DNA of 64,000 bases, from the sequence record PZ386970.1; one strand, written 5' to 3'. The position numbers and the translations under genes were made by a program. Under the pieces are notes generated by a model that was not told where the DNA came from, did not search any database, and saw nothing but the letters and a program-made list of their open reading frames with translations. Each line of letters opens with the position of its first letter. The first letter of the stretch is position 1. Positions 19,320-27,510 of the stretch are shown one piece after another. This DNA is from a phage.

Positions 19320-20321
19320 TTATTTCAGTAAAGTTACTTCAGAGATTTCCTCCCAACCATCTTTATCAGTTGAAATAAAATCTGCTACATAAAGAGCCGT
19401 ACGTAATGATACATTGCGAAGACGAGATACGTTAGCCTTCATCCAGGACAATGCTTTATACGTTTCTGCATCCGTCAGACCACGTTTCTGCATCATGTCA
19501 GTAGATAATATTACATCTTCAACTCGAACCATAATCTCTTCATTAGAGTGTACTCCAAGGTCGAGATACACTGAACGAGATACTAAAGCTTGAAGGTGCG
19601 GAGCAAGTTTCGAACCACGTTCTAACTCTTTATCGATATCAACGTTTGTAATGAAAACGATAGTACCTTCAAACTCAAATTCTTTATCAATACCCTTATC
19701 ATCGAGATAAGATGACGCAGTACTCCAACAAACTTTGCGTTTATCGCCAGTATCCAATGCTGCTTTAAGAAGGTTCAGGATGTCCATATCCGAGAATACG
19801 TCAACGTCGTCGATTAAGAGAACGCTGTCTGCATCACGGTTGAGCCAAAGTTGTTCGTAAAGGCCAATACCAGAGATTTTGCCATTAATGCTTTTGTATT
19901 TGATGAAACCGTTATCATTAGCATTATTAAGTGCTTTATCCAGAGAATACGTCTTACCAATACCAGCTGCACCTGAAATAATGAGTGAACGAATTTTGCC
20001 ATCGATAATGCCATTCGTCATCATGTTCATTACTTTAAAGCGTTTGTTGATACGAGTTTTCATATCTTCAGTGCTTTCAACAACTGCAACTGGTGATGTC
20101 TCAACTCCTTCCATTACGATGTCTGATTTGAAGACCCATACTCCACGTTCAGAACCATCAATCATAACGAAAATTTTACCATCACCTAAGTGGGAACATT
20201 CAGGATTAAGCTTTGCCGGGAACCATGTCTTTGTGGCAACATAAGAACCAGAGATTTCGTTATTACGATAGATACCTTTTTTGATTTGAACGTTGAACAT
20301 TTTATTCTCCAATTTACTCAT
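19320..20321 (-). CDS. P-loop ATPase (AAA-like)
   Basis: 333 aa; Walker A ISGAAGIGKT and Walker B VLLIDDVD about 50 aa downstream. Confidence 0.6.
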   Translation of the reverse strand: MSKLENKMFNVQIKKGIYRNNEISGSYVATKTWFPAKLNPECSHLGDGKIFVMIDGSERGVWVFKSDIVMEGVETSPVAVVESTEDMKTRINKRFKVMNMMTNGIIDGKIRSLIISGAAGIGKTYSLDKALNNANDNGFIKYKSINGKISGIGLYEQLWLNRDADSVLLIDDVDVFSDMDILNLLKAALDTGDKRKVCWSTASSYLDDKGIDKEFEFEGTIVFITNVDIDKELERGSKLAPHLQALVSRSVYLDLGVHSNEEIMVRVEDVILSTDMMQKRGLTDAETYKALSWMKANVSRLRNVSLRTALYVADFISTDKDGWEEISEVTLLK

Positions 20322-20338
20322 TTCGTTTCGATAGGTCT

Positions 20339-20367
20339 ATAATAACATGTTTAAAGCAAAAGTAAAC
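20339..20367 (-). promoter_or_regulatory. T4-type early promoter
   Basis: Minus strand GTTTAC-17 nt-TGT-TATTAT followed by AGACCTATC, upstream of the ATPase gene. Confidence 0.5.
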
Positions 20368-20369
20368 AA

Positions 20370-20588
20370 TTATTTGCGACGAGATTTTTTGGTAAGAGGT
20401 TGAAAGAACACTGCTTTACCTGCCGGGGTTAAGGTGACTCGTAATGCGTTACCGATTCCTAAGGATGCTTTAACTAGTCCTTTAGCTTTCAGTTCACCGA
20501 ATGCTTGACGTTGGTCTGCATCACGAGTGTTAACCATAAGACCTTTATCACCAGCTTCACGAATCATTTCTAACATTTTGGTTTTCAT
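20370..20588 (-). CDS. hypothetical small protein
   Basis: ORF trimmed to MKTKMLEMIREAG...; basic C-terminus. Confidence 0.4.
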   Translation of the reverse strand: MKTKMLEMIREAGDKGLMVNTRDADQRQAFGELKAKGLVKASLGIGNALRVTLTPAGKAVFFQPLTKKSRRK

Positions 20589-20616
20589 TTTGTTCTCCTC
20601 TTGTTTTGATAGGTCT

Positions 20617-20645
20617 ATAATAACATATCCTAAAAGCATGTACAC
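20617..20645 (-). promoter_or_regulatory. T4-type early promoter
   Basis: Minus strand GTGTAC-17 nt-TGT-TATTAT followed by AGACCTATC. Confidence 0.45.
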
Positions 20646-20664
20646 TACTTTTTAAAAATATTTT

Positions 20665-20692
20665 GACCCCCTAAAGGGACCCGAAGGTCCCC
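20665..20692 (-). terminator. UUCG-tetraloop hairpin element (terminator or stability element)
   Basis: Minus strand GGGGACC-UUCG-GGUCCC followed by UUUAGGGGGUC, directly after the stop of the gene at 20697-20963. Confidence 0.4.
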
Positions 20693-20696
20693 ACAT

Positions 20697-20963
20697 TTAC
20701 TTATCGCACTTAGCAACATAATTAGGCATATCACAGAATACGGAGCGAGTAACTACTCGGCCCTTTGACCATGCTTCAGTTGCTTGTCCTGCCGTGCTAT
20801 TAATATAGCTTGATTTAATGTTCTCAATACCCTGAGAATGTGATGCATTTACCGAACCGTTGGAAGGTGCAGAAGACTGGTTACCACCAGCTCCTGTACC
20901 TGTGGTAGCACCAACAGAGAATGCCATCATTACTGCGAATAAACCAATTACTAATTTTTTCAT
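20697..20963 (-). CDS. small secreted protein (signal peptide)
   Basis: 88 aa; N-terminal MKKLVIGLFAVMMAFSVGA signal-like segment, Gly/Ser/Thr-rich linker, C-terminal Cys pair. Confidence 0.5.
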   Translation of the reverse strand: MKKLVIGLFAVMMAFSVGATTGTGAGGNQSSAPSNGSVNASHSQGIENIKSSYINSTAGQATEAWSKGRVVTRSVFCDMPNYVAKCDK

Positions 20964-20994
20964 ATTTACCTCAAGTTAAGAGTTATTTATCTAC

Positions 20995-21984
20995 TTATTT
21001 ATAGTAAGAATTATGATTTTCGAGATAGACTTGCTCAAGGAAATCATCCCAGAAACTCATATCTACTTTTTGTTGCATACCGTTCTTAGCGGCCTGTTCT
21101 GATGCTTGTTCTACCTGGTCAACGATATCTTCTAGGAATTCTTGTACAGTTTTAAACGTATGTTTACCAAGCTTAACATCGAGAATAAATGGAGCATCTT
21201 GAAGTGGGTAAACCAGGTCGCCGGTTTTATAAATTTCCAATAGTTGAAGTCCACCACGACATGCATGACTCAATGCTTTCCAGTCAATACCTTCGTTAGC
21301 TTCTGCCTTACGAGCACGTTCACCGTAGTTCTCTTCCAGTTTAACCAGGATGGCATTGAACTCTTTATTGGTTAACGTGTCTTGGAATTTACGGTCTAAC
21401 AGACTATAGAACGTTTGCTTACCTGTTTTCTCGTTTTCGGTTTCAACCCATGAAGCAAATTCACCTACAGGCAGAACATTCTTCATATGTGATAAACGAA
21501 TTACTGCACCATTATCAAAGTATTGTCCCCATTCATTAGAACGTTTAAGGGCTTGACGAAGAACAGCCAGTCGAGAACCCTTGACACCGTATTTAGAAGC
21601 TTGCTTACGGACATACCCTAAATAAGATTTCATGTTAGTGGTATAGAAACGAGACCTGTTATCTTGAATATACTTCCATACATCAGGCAAATCAGATTTA
21701 ACTACTAGACTTTGTGGAGTGTGAAGCATATCTAATGCGACGGTTTCACCATCCGCAGCTAGTTTAAAGAAATATTTGAGACTATATAACTCATGGTCCA
21801 CGTCGTCTTTTGTGTTCTTAGAAGATGTGTTATTCGTGTTCTTGCTCATATGTTCTTTAACGTTACCGGTCAAGATATCACGAGCATGAGGGACATAAAT
21901 TTCTTTAAAATCGACGTCAGATTCAGGAGTAGACGTTCCATAAAGGTGGCTACCAAAGTAGCCTTTCATAATTGTTTTCATCAT
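20995..21984 (-). CDS. nucleotidyltransferase-fold protein (Pol-beta superfamily)
   Basis: 329 aa; N-terminal GSHLYGTSTPESDVDF fits the hG[GS]-x9-13-DhD motif, with a third acidic residue in the downstream strand ETVALDMLH. Confidence 0.55.
   Translation of the reverse strand: MMKTIMKGYFGSHLYGTSTPESDVDFKEIYVPHARDILTGNVKEHMSKNTNNTSSKNTKDDVDHELYSLKYFFKLAADGETVALDMLHTPQSLVVKSDLPDVWKYIQDNRSRFYTTNMKSYLGYVRKQASKYGVKGSRLAVLRQALKRSNEWGQYFDNGAVIRLSHMKNVLPVGEFASWVETENEKTGKQTFYSLLDRKFQDTLTNKEFNAILVKLEENYGERARKAEANEGIDWKALSHACRGGLQLLEIYKTGDLVYPLQDAPFILDVKLGKHTFKTVQEFLEDIVDQVEQASEQAAKNGMQQKVDMSFWDDFLEQVYLENHNSYYK
20997..21004 (-). promoter_or_regulatory. candidate T4 late promoter (TATAAATA)
   Basis: Exact TATAAATA on the minus strand about 34 nt upstream of the secreted-protein gene start; an 8-mer can occur by chance in AT-rich DNA. 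Confidence 0.3.
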
Positions 21985-22454
21985 TTAGCCTTATATTCAA
22001 GAGTAGGACAGACTTTTTCTTTACGAGCTTTAAGGTATTCACCTATTAATGATTTCTTACGTTCAATAGGCTCAAGTCCATTTTTAATTCGTTCTTGGTT
22101 TTGCGCAATGAGCTCAATTTCTTTATAATATTTTCTGTCGTTATATTTGTCTAACAACCAAGACGGACCAATTACCAACCCGGTAGCAATAAAAGCCATG
22201 ACTGCTACAATTAAAATGCCTACACCAATTGAGGCTGGAACTAATGTCCATAGACTGCTAAAAACAAAGAATTTAGTTAAAATTTCCTGGCCAATGATTG
22301 TGACTGCTGCTAAAATCGCAAATCCAATAATTGAAACAGCCAATACCGGGATTAACGTTTTCCAAAAATAAGCACACAACGTTTTCGGACGATTCCATGT
22401 ACTATTGAACGCGGCATAAATTTTAAAGTGCCAAGAGTTTTCATTGATAATCAT
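21981..22454 (-). CDS. hypothetical membrane protein
   Basis: 157 aa with three predicted transmembrane helices and a charged C-terminal tail. Confidence 0.45.
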   Translation of the reverse strand: MIINENSWHFKIYAAFNSTWNRPKTLCAYFWKTLIPVLAVSIIGFAILAAVTIIGQEILTKFFVFSSLWTLVPASIGVGILIVAVMAFIATGLVIGPSWLLDKYNDRKYYKEIELIAQNQERIKNGLEPIERKKSLIGEYLKARKEKVCPTLEYKAK

Positions 22455-22463
22455 AATAATTCC

Positions 22464-22994
22464 TTATTTCAAAGTCGGGATAATAGAATCGAGATAAGCT
22501 TTAAGAGCAACCGCTTCATCTTTGTCTAATGTAACGATATGCTGACGAAGGTCATCAATTTGGCGAATAACTACGACATCACCGTCTTCATAAGAAGGAT
22601 TAACGCCTAGGACTGTTGTATAGTCAGGGCGGTCCTGATTTGTAATAAAAGCATTACGGCATTTAGCCCATTGAAGTTTGGCCTTTTTGGCTGTTTCAGA
22701 TTCCACGAATTCTTTCACCTTAGTGACGAATGTTTTCCAATTATTAATAGAAAGGCATTCATCTTCTGTTTCGATATTAACCCCACTATAAAGGCCGTGA
22801 TAAAAACGAACTTGAAGGTCTTCATCGATGTTAATTACAGATGCATGGCCGGGCGGATTGAGTTTCAAAATCTTGTCCAGTTCCATAGGAAGAATAGTAA
22901 TAGAATCATCTTCTTGTGTCAGAACATACACATAACCGCGTTTTTCGATACATAAATCGCCAAACAACTCGGTTGTTTCAATTACGGTTTTCAT
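22464..22994 (-). CDS. hypothetical protein
   Basis: About 176 aa ORF; no motif. Confidence 0.4.
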   Translation of the reverse strand: MKTVIETTELFGDLCIEKRGYVYVLTQEDDSITILPMELDKILKLNPPGHASVINIDEDLQVRFYHGLYSGVNIETEDECLSINNWKTFVTKVKEFVESETAKKAKLQWAKCRNAFITNQDRPDYTTVLGVNPSYEDGDVVVIRQIDDLRQHIVTLDKDEAVALKAYLDSIIPTLK

Positions 22995-23310
22995 ATTATT
23001 CACCAATTAAAGTTTCAACAAAATTCACCAAAGCATTCTGGCAAGCGTCAACCTGATTTTCATAAAAGTCTCCGTTATCATTTACCGCATGATAAGCTAC
23101 ATCACTCAAATCTGAATCGGCTTCACGTAAGTCACGGATAAGGTCCATCAATTTATTAGCTTGTTCACGGGTCATTTTACCATACTCGTTTCAATAAGAT
23201 TCACTATGCCGTTTACCATGTTATAAGTAAACATCGGATAATTGTATTGTACTACAACATAAGCGATAAGCAAAAGTTTCATTTTGTTCTCCAATTGTTT
23301 TGATAGGACT

Positions 23311-23340
23311 ACTATAACATAGTCCTACCAAGATGTAAAC
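23311..23340 (-). promoter_or_regulatory. T4-type early promoter inside palindrome GATAGGACTA...TAGTCCTA
   Basis: Minus strand GTTTAC-18 nt-TATAGT. Confidence 0.45.
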
Positions 23341-23549
23341 TACCGATTATGTTTTAAATGTTGATAAAGTTCTTCAACTTGTTTAGGGTCCAAAACAATT
23401 AGGTCATTTTCTTGACGAAGATAAATCCATCCCTTATCCCCAGGTCCATTTTTACAAAACATCACCGTCGTCATATCATCATCTTCAGCGCTTTCAGGTA
23501 AAAGTTCAAGTACACCGTCTTCAGATTTTCCAGTATAATCGTAAAGCAT
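23340..23549 (-). CDS. hypothetical protein (rI.1 region)
   Basis: Trimmed ORF; acidic; no motif. Confidence 0.3.
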   Translation of the reverse strand: MLYDYTGKSEDGVLELLPESAEDDDMTTVMFCKNGPGDKGWIYLRQENDLIVLDPKQVEELYQHLKHNR

Positions 23550-23556
23550 AATATCC

Positions 23557-23736
23557 TCACATAATCTCGTTAACATACATTTGCAATTCGGTGTGGGCAT
23601 CTGCCATCTTTTTCATAGCTCTGTTAATGTCGATGTCTCCATCTTCGCAACCGTGAGCATTTTCCCAATCAGATACAGCATTAGCGTACTCTTCAATCAA
23701 AAACATTAACTTAGAAATTTTTTCTTTACGTGTCAT
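23557..23736 (-). CDS. hypothetical small protein (rI.1 region)
   Basis: Start moved to MTRKEKISKL..., which lies downstream of the promoter at 23764-23792 and has a GAGGAG ribosome-binding site. Confidence 0.35.
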   Translation of the reverse strand: MTRKEKISKLMFLIEEYANAVSDWENAHGCEDGDIDINRAMKKMADAHTELQMYVNEIM

Positions 23737-23763
23737 AATGTTCTCCTCTAGTAAGTAAGGTCT

Positions 23764-23792
23764 ACTATAACACAACCTGAGGAGAAGTAAAC
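23764..23792 (-). promoter_or_regulatory. T4-type early promoter
   Basis: Minus strand GTTTAC-17 nt-TGT-TATAGT. Confidence 0.5.
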
Positions 23793-23803
23793 TGATAGAT
23801 GCC

Positions 23804-23830
23804 AAAAAGCCCCAACCGTAAGGAAGGGGC
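23804..23830 (-). terminator. rho-independent terminator
   Basis: Minus strand AGCCCC-loop-GGGGCU followed by UUUUU, immediately after the rI stop; near-identical to the terminator at 39034-39063. Confidence 0.55.
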
Positions 23831-23837
23831 TAGTAAA

Positions 23838-24140
23838 TTAGATAGATGTAGGCTCTAATTTTATTTTCATGAACTCGGCAAATTGTCTGGCAGTTTTTAT
23901 GCCTTGTTCGTGACATTCAAATGCATCATCACAGGGGCTATTTTTGTAATGCTTTGCCATATACTTATAGAATTTTTCAGAATTCTCGACATTTTGAATT
24001 TCAAACAAAGTATATACGTTTTTAATCCCTGATTCCATAAAGTTATCAAAATATGGGTCGGTGTACGCAGTACCAACGATAGGAGTTGTTGCTGCAAAAA
24101 ACCCCAGCATCGCCATGACAGCTATCGCTCTTAAGGCCAT
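23838..24140 (-). CDS. rI: lysis-inhibition regulator RI-like membrane protein
   Basis: 100 aa with N-terminal signal-anchor MALRAIAVMAMLGFFAA and periplasmic domain with conserved Cys pair; position upstream of tk as in T4. Confidence 0.55.
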   Translation of the reverse strand: MALRAIAVMAMLGFFAATTPIVGTAYTDPYFDNFMESGIKNVYTLFEIQNVENSEKFYKYMAKHYKNSPCDDAFECHEQGIKTARQFAEFMKIKLEPTSI

Positions 24141-24152
24141 ATAGGCCTCCTG

Positions 24153-24365
24153 TTAATTTTGGCCAGTATTTATTTTTCGCCTTTGGACGGCCTTAACATC
24201 TGTGAGGTATTTTTCCAGCTTGCGCTTGCGTGTATAATCAGCTTTAGAACCAGTTTGACGGATATCCTCGTTTAAATGAGAAATAGAATGTCCTAATTCT
24301 CTTCGGATTTCATCCAATTGGGTTACAGTAAGATTACGAAGTTGTCTTTCGTTTAATTGCTGCAT
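24153..24365 (-). CDS. hypothetical protein (rI.-1 position)
   Basis: 70 aa basic, helical ORF. Confidence 0.4.
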   Translation of the reverse strand: MQQLNERQLRNLTVTQLDEIRRELGHSISHLNEDIRQTGSKADYTRKRKLEKYLTDVKAVQRRKINTGQN

Positions 24366-24392
24366 ATATACCTCTTGGTTAGATATTAGTAT

Positions 24393-24974
24393 TTATAACA
24401 ACCCTGTCAAATCATTCCAATGCTTCCGGCATAATGACACATATCTATCAGTATCACCAATTTCAATTTGACTGCCATCTGTAATTGGAAGTCCGTCTTC
24501 CGTGACTCTAGCTACCATTGTGGCCTTTTTACCACAATGACAGACACCTTTAAGTTCAACAAGCTTATCGGCAATAGCCATTAATGCTTGAGAACCTTCA
24601 AATAGATTACCTTTAAAATCTGTTCGTAGTCCATATGCCATTACTGGCACATTGTATACGTCAACAATACGACTAAGTTGATACACCTTTTCAGTAGTTA
24701 AGAACTGAGCTTCGTCAACAAATACACAGTGAATATCCTTTTGTGCTGCAGCCCATTTATAGAATTCAAAGATATCCATGTCTTTTGTAATTATATTGGC
24801 ATCCTGACGAATACCAATACGAGAGACTATTTCACCTTTTGAATCACGAGTATCAATAGCCGGTTTAAGAACTAATACACCCATGCCACGTTCTTTATAG
24901 TTATGTGCAGCCGTAAGTAATGAAGCAGACTTACCAGCGTTCATAGCGGCATATGTAAAAATTAAACTAGCCAT
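24393..24974 (-). CDS. tk: thymidine kinase
   Basis: 193 aa; P-loop AAMNAGKSASLL, conserved VDEAQF, and zinc motif CHCG...CRKHW. Confidence 0.9.
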   Translation of the reverse strand: MASLIFTYAAMNAGKSASLLTAAHNYKERGMGVLVLKPAIDTRDSKGEIVSRIGIRQDANIITKDMDIFEFYKWAAAQKDIHCVFVDEAQFLTTEKVYQLSRIVDVYNVPVMAYGLRTDFKGNLFEGSQALMAIADKLVELKGVCHCGKKATMVARVTEDGLPITDGSQIEIGDTDRYVSLCRKHWNDLTGLL

Positions 24975-24983
24975 AAGAGTCCC

Positions 24984-25166
24984 TTATAGTGAATTCACAT
25001 AGTCAATGAGTTCTTGTTCTTTCCTGTCAAATGATTCCAACAATGCTTGATATTCTTCATCTGTTAAAGGAGCATATTCATCGTACGCATTGGTGGCTGC
25101 TTGCTCATCCAATAGGTCATGGATAAGTTCGAACAGTTTAGCTTTCTCTTCTTTAGTCAATTTCAT
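24984..25166 (-). CDS. hypothetical acidic protein
   Basis: 60 aa ORF; no motif. Confidence 0.35.
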   Translation of the reverse strand: MKLTKEEKAKLFELIHDLLDEQAATNAYDEYAPLTDEEYQALLESFDRKEQELIDYVNSL

Positions 25167-25657
25167 TTAGGTTCCCAATCAACAATCACAATTTCTAGTT
25201 TAGTGGAATACGTATCTAAAATCTCTTCGATGACATCCCAGTTTCCACCACCAATACCTGCACCAATTCTTGGCATATAAATTACAGGCTTTGTTATCTT
25301 ATTCTTTCCGAATTTATTTAATTCTATTATACAATTCATTAAAGCAGAGTACTCAAAATTAGGTCCCGGCTCAAACTGTGTATAAAGATTAAAGCAATAA
25401 GCTTTATGGGTCTTAAAATATTTTTCATAAACTGAATAAGTCCCGAGTTTAGACTCGTCTCCGAATTCGGTTTGAAGTTTATCGGCTTCTAAAATTTTTG
25501 GATAAGCCTTTGCTAATTGACCTGCTACACCGGCGCCCATTGTATGAAAACAATTACACCCATGAGCAATATTATTACCTTTAGAAAACAGGGCGACAAT
25601 ATCGCCCTTGATATAGTTTTTAATCACTTGCTGCAAGTCCTCTAGTATAAGAGTCAA
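25163..25657 (-). CDS. macro-domain protein (ADP-ribose binding/hydrolase fold)
   Basis: 164 aa; NIAHGCNCFHTMGAGVAGQLAKA and C-terminal IGAGIGGGNWDV glycine-rich loops typical of macro domains. Confidence 0.6.
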   Translation of the reverse strand: MTLILEDLQQVIKNYIKGDIVALFSKGNNIAHGCNCFHTMGAGVAGQLAKAYPKILEADKLQTEFGDESKLGTYSVYEKYFKTHKAYCFNLYTQFEPGPNFEYSALMNCIIELNKFGKNKITKPVIYMPRIGAGIGGGNWDVIEEILDTYSTKLEIVIVDWEPK

Positions 25658-25958
25658 CTAGACGGTCCACCATAGAATTGCATGCTGCCTTATCTTTAGG
25701 TTCCGCCACCGAGCATTCTAATATTTGCCATTTTTTATAGTATCTTTTAATTAAGGTAGACGCCTTGAACCTACTAGACGCCCCATCTTTTTCTCCGTCT
25801 TTATACGCATATAACAATTTTTGTGAAAAATCTACTTTACACTCTTGACTTTTACCACAATAATCAGACGCCGTTCTGTTTGTATACTCCGTCACATCAG
25901 TATATGTAGTATTAGCAAGAGCGTTAAATGAAACCAAGCCAACTATTAAAGCCAACAT
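25620..25958 (-). CDS. secreted/periplasmic protein with signal peptide
   Basis: N-terminal MLALIVGLVSFNALA signal peptide, four Cys in mature part; position could correspond to T4 vs, not verified. Confidence 0.4.
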   Translation of the reverse strand: MLALIVGLVSFNALANTTYTDVTEYTNRTASDYCGKSQECKVDFSQKLLYAYKDGEKDGASSRFKASTLIKRYYKKWQILECSVAEPKDKAACNSMVDRLVDSYTRGLAASD

Positions 25959-25963
25959 TTTGG

Positions 25964-26506
25964 TCATTCTTTTATTTCCAGTAGTTTATTTGATTTAAGG
26001 TAATTAGCCTTTTCTAGGACTTCAGAAGCATATTTACTTCCAGCACTTGTCTTCCATCCCGCATTATATGAGGATATGGCTTTTCTTATATCCCCGTTAT
26101 GTATATTTAACCAATAAGAAAATTCGATATAAGCCCATCTTGCTGAATTAGACCGCTTAGATAGCATTTTCTTAATTTGGGCATCAGTCATATTATAACC
26201 AAGCTGGTTAATTCTTGCCCTCATTGTTGGTAGATAGTTTTGGAACATTCCATACGCATGGTGACCTTTCTTATCTTTAAGATTAATACCGGCAGATGAT
26301 TCTTGCCATAATATTGCGGCCATTATGTATCCAAGTCCTTTCTTATGCATATTTTCATGCGTTTTAAATTTTCCGTCCTTAGAAAACTGTTCCCCAAACT
26401 GATAAGCATAATTCAAGTTATCGAGTTGGACATTACTAAAAGTATGCTCGGAGCTATGTGCTGATAATGAAAGAGCAAATAGACCAGCGAGTAGTGCTTT
26501 TCTCAT
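25964..26506 (-). CDS. lytic transglycosylase (SLT domain) with signal peptide
   Basis: Signal peptide MRKALLAGLFALSLSAHS; SLT-like motifs AILWQESS (catalytic Glu), YGMFQ, SYNAGW. Confidence 0.6.
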   Translation of the reverse strand: MRKALLAGLFALSLSAHSSEHTFSNVQLDNLNYAYQFGEQFSKDGKFKTHENMHKKGLGYIMAAILWQESSAGINLKDKKGHHAYGMFQNYLPTMRARINQLGYNMTDAQIKKMLSKRSNSARWAYIEFSYWLNIHNGDIRKAISSYNAGWKTSAGSKYASEVLEKANYLKSNKLLEIKE

Positions 26507-26514
26507 GTTTACCT

Positions 26515-26973
26515 CTAGATTTTAATCACTGCTTTAGAAGCTTTTCCTGGTAGTCGTTTACTGTTAATAATAGCCATTCTGCATTGAAGAGTCTTCATTT
26601 TGAATGCTGGATTTTCGCGACAAACTGTAAGGCCTAACCAAAGATTTCCATCAGTTATTTCTAAACGGCCTGGGCGATATTCGACACCTTCAACAAAATC
26701 TTCATCAACATCCGGACGTGCCGGCATTGATAAAAATTCTGCAACTTCTTTAACATGATTTTTTACTTTATGAAATAATTCAAAAACGTAGTTCTCATCT
26801 ATTTCTCTCTGGATGGCACGATCTAAGAGATGTTGAGAATACTTGATATGAAAGCCTGGTAGTCCAAGAGACTTTGCAGCATCTTTTATACCGGCATTTA
26901 TTTTGCGGAACTCCGTTTCAAAGATTCGACGGAGTTTATTACGGCGGATAAAAACTTCCGAATTGATAGTCAT
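26515..26973 (-). CDS. regB: endoribonuclease RegB
   Basis: 152 aa; size, position after the vs genes and overall similarity to T4 RegB as recalled. Confidence 0.7.
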   Translation of the reverse strand: MTINSEVFIRRNKLRRIFETEFRKINAGIKDAAKSLGLPGFHIKYSQHLLDRAIQREIDENYVFELFHKVKNHVKEVAEFLSMPARPDVDEDFVEGVEYRPGRLEITDGNLWLGLTVCRENPAFKMKTLQCRMAIINSKRLPGKASKAVIKI

Positions 26974-27001
26974 TTTGATTTCTCCTCTAGTTGACAGGTC
27001 T

Positions 27002-27030
27002 ATAGTAACACAACTAGAGGAGAAGTAAAC
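27002..27030 (-). promoter_or_regulatory. T4-type early promoter
   Basis: Minus strand GTTTAC-17 nt-TGT-TACTAT, 30 nt upstream of the regB start with a GAGGAG ribosome-binding site between. Confidence 0.5.
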
Positions 27031-27034
27031 TACT

Positions 27035-27244
27035 TTATTCTTGGAATGGTGTGAGTTTTCCAGCTATCGAACAAATTTCTACCATCGCAGGATAAAACTC
27101 TTTCACTTGTTCAAGGCGCTGGACAGCGTACCGCATTTCGCCTTCTTCAAGACAAGCCGCTTGGTCATCGAGCAAATATTTGTGGTAACCTGTACAGGCT
27201 TCACTAATGATACGTTGGAATTCTTGCAAACTTTCAATTTTCAC
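27035..27244 (-). CDS. hypothetical protein (vs.3 position)
   Basis: 69 aa ORF. Confidence 0.35.
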   Translation of the reverse strand: MKIESLQEFQRIISEACTGYHKYLLDDQAACLEEGEMRYAVQRLEQVKEFYPAMVEICSIAGKLTPFQE

Positions 27245-27510
27245 TAGTATTTTTCCTCAGGTCGAAATACTGCACGACATGCCCACATGCTGGCTTCTTT
27301 TAGATGTTGCTTAGCATACTTAAGAGCCTGCACTGCATCCATATCTTCTTTGGTTTGTTGCTCTGTTTCATTTTCTTTCAAGATATATGCTTCTTCAATC
27401 AGAGCATCAAACAACAATCCAAGACGGACTTCGGCATCTTTAATAGCGTTCACTTTACCGATTTTATCATCGGTATGCGGCTTGTAGCCTTTGATGTCTT
27501 CAATCGACAT
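27244..27510 (-). CDS. hypothetical protein at the T4 vs.4 position (candidate Acb2-like)
   Basis: About 89 aa helical protein starting MSIEDIKGYK...; called only by counting positions between regB and the IP cluster. Confidence 0.35.
   Translation of the reverse strand: MSIEDIKGYKPHTDDKIGKVNAIKDAEVRLGLLFDALIEEAYILKENETEQQTKEDMDAVQALKYAKQHLKEASMWACRAVFRPEEKY

Noticed and set aside
19076-20014. ORFs 19076-19282 and 19814-20014 as separate genes.
   Set aside because: Both overlap better-supported ORFs (18894-19181 and the ATPase gene) in alternative frames with no independent start signals.
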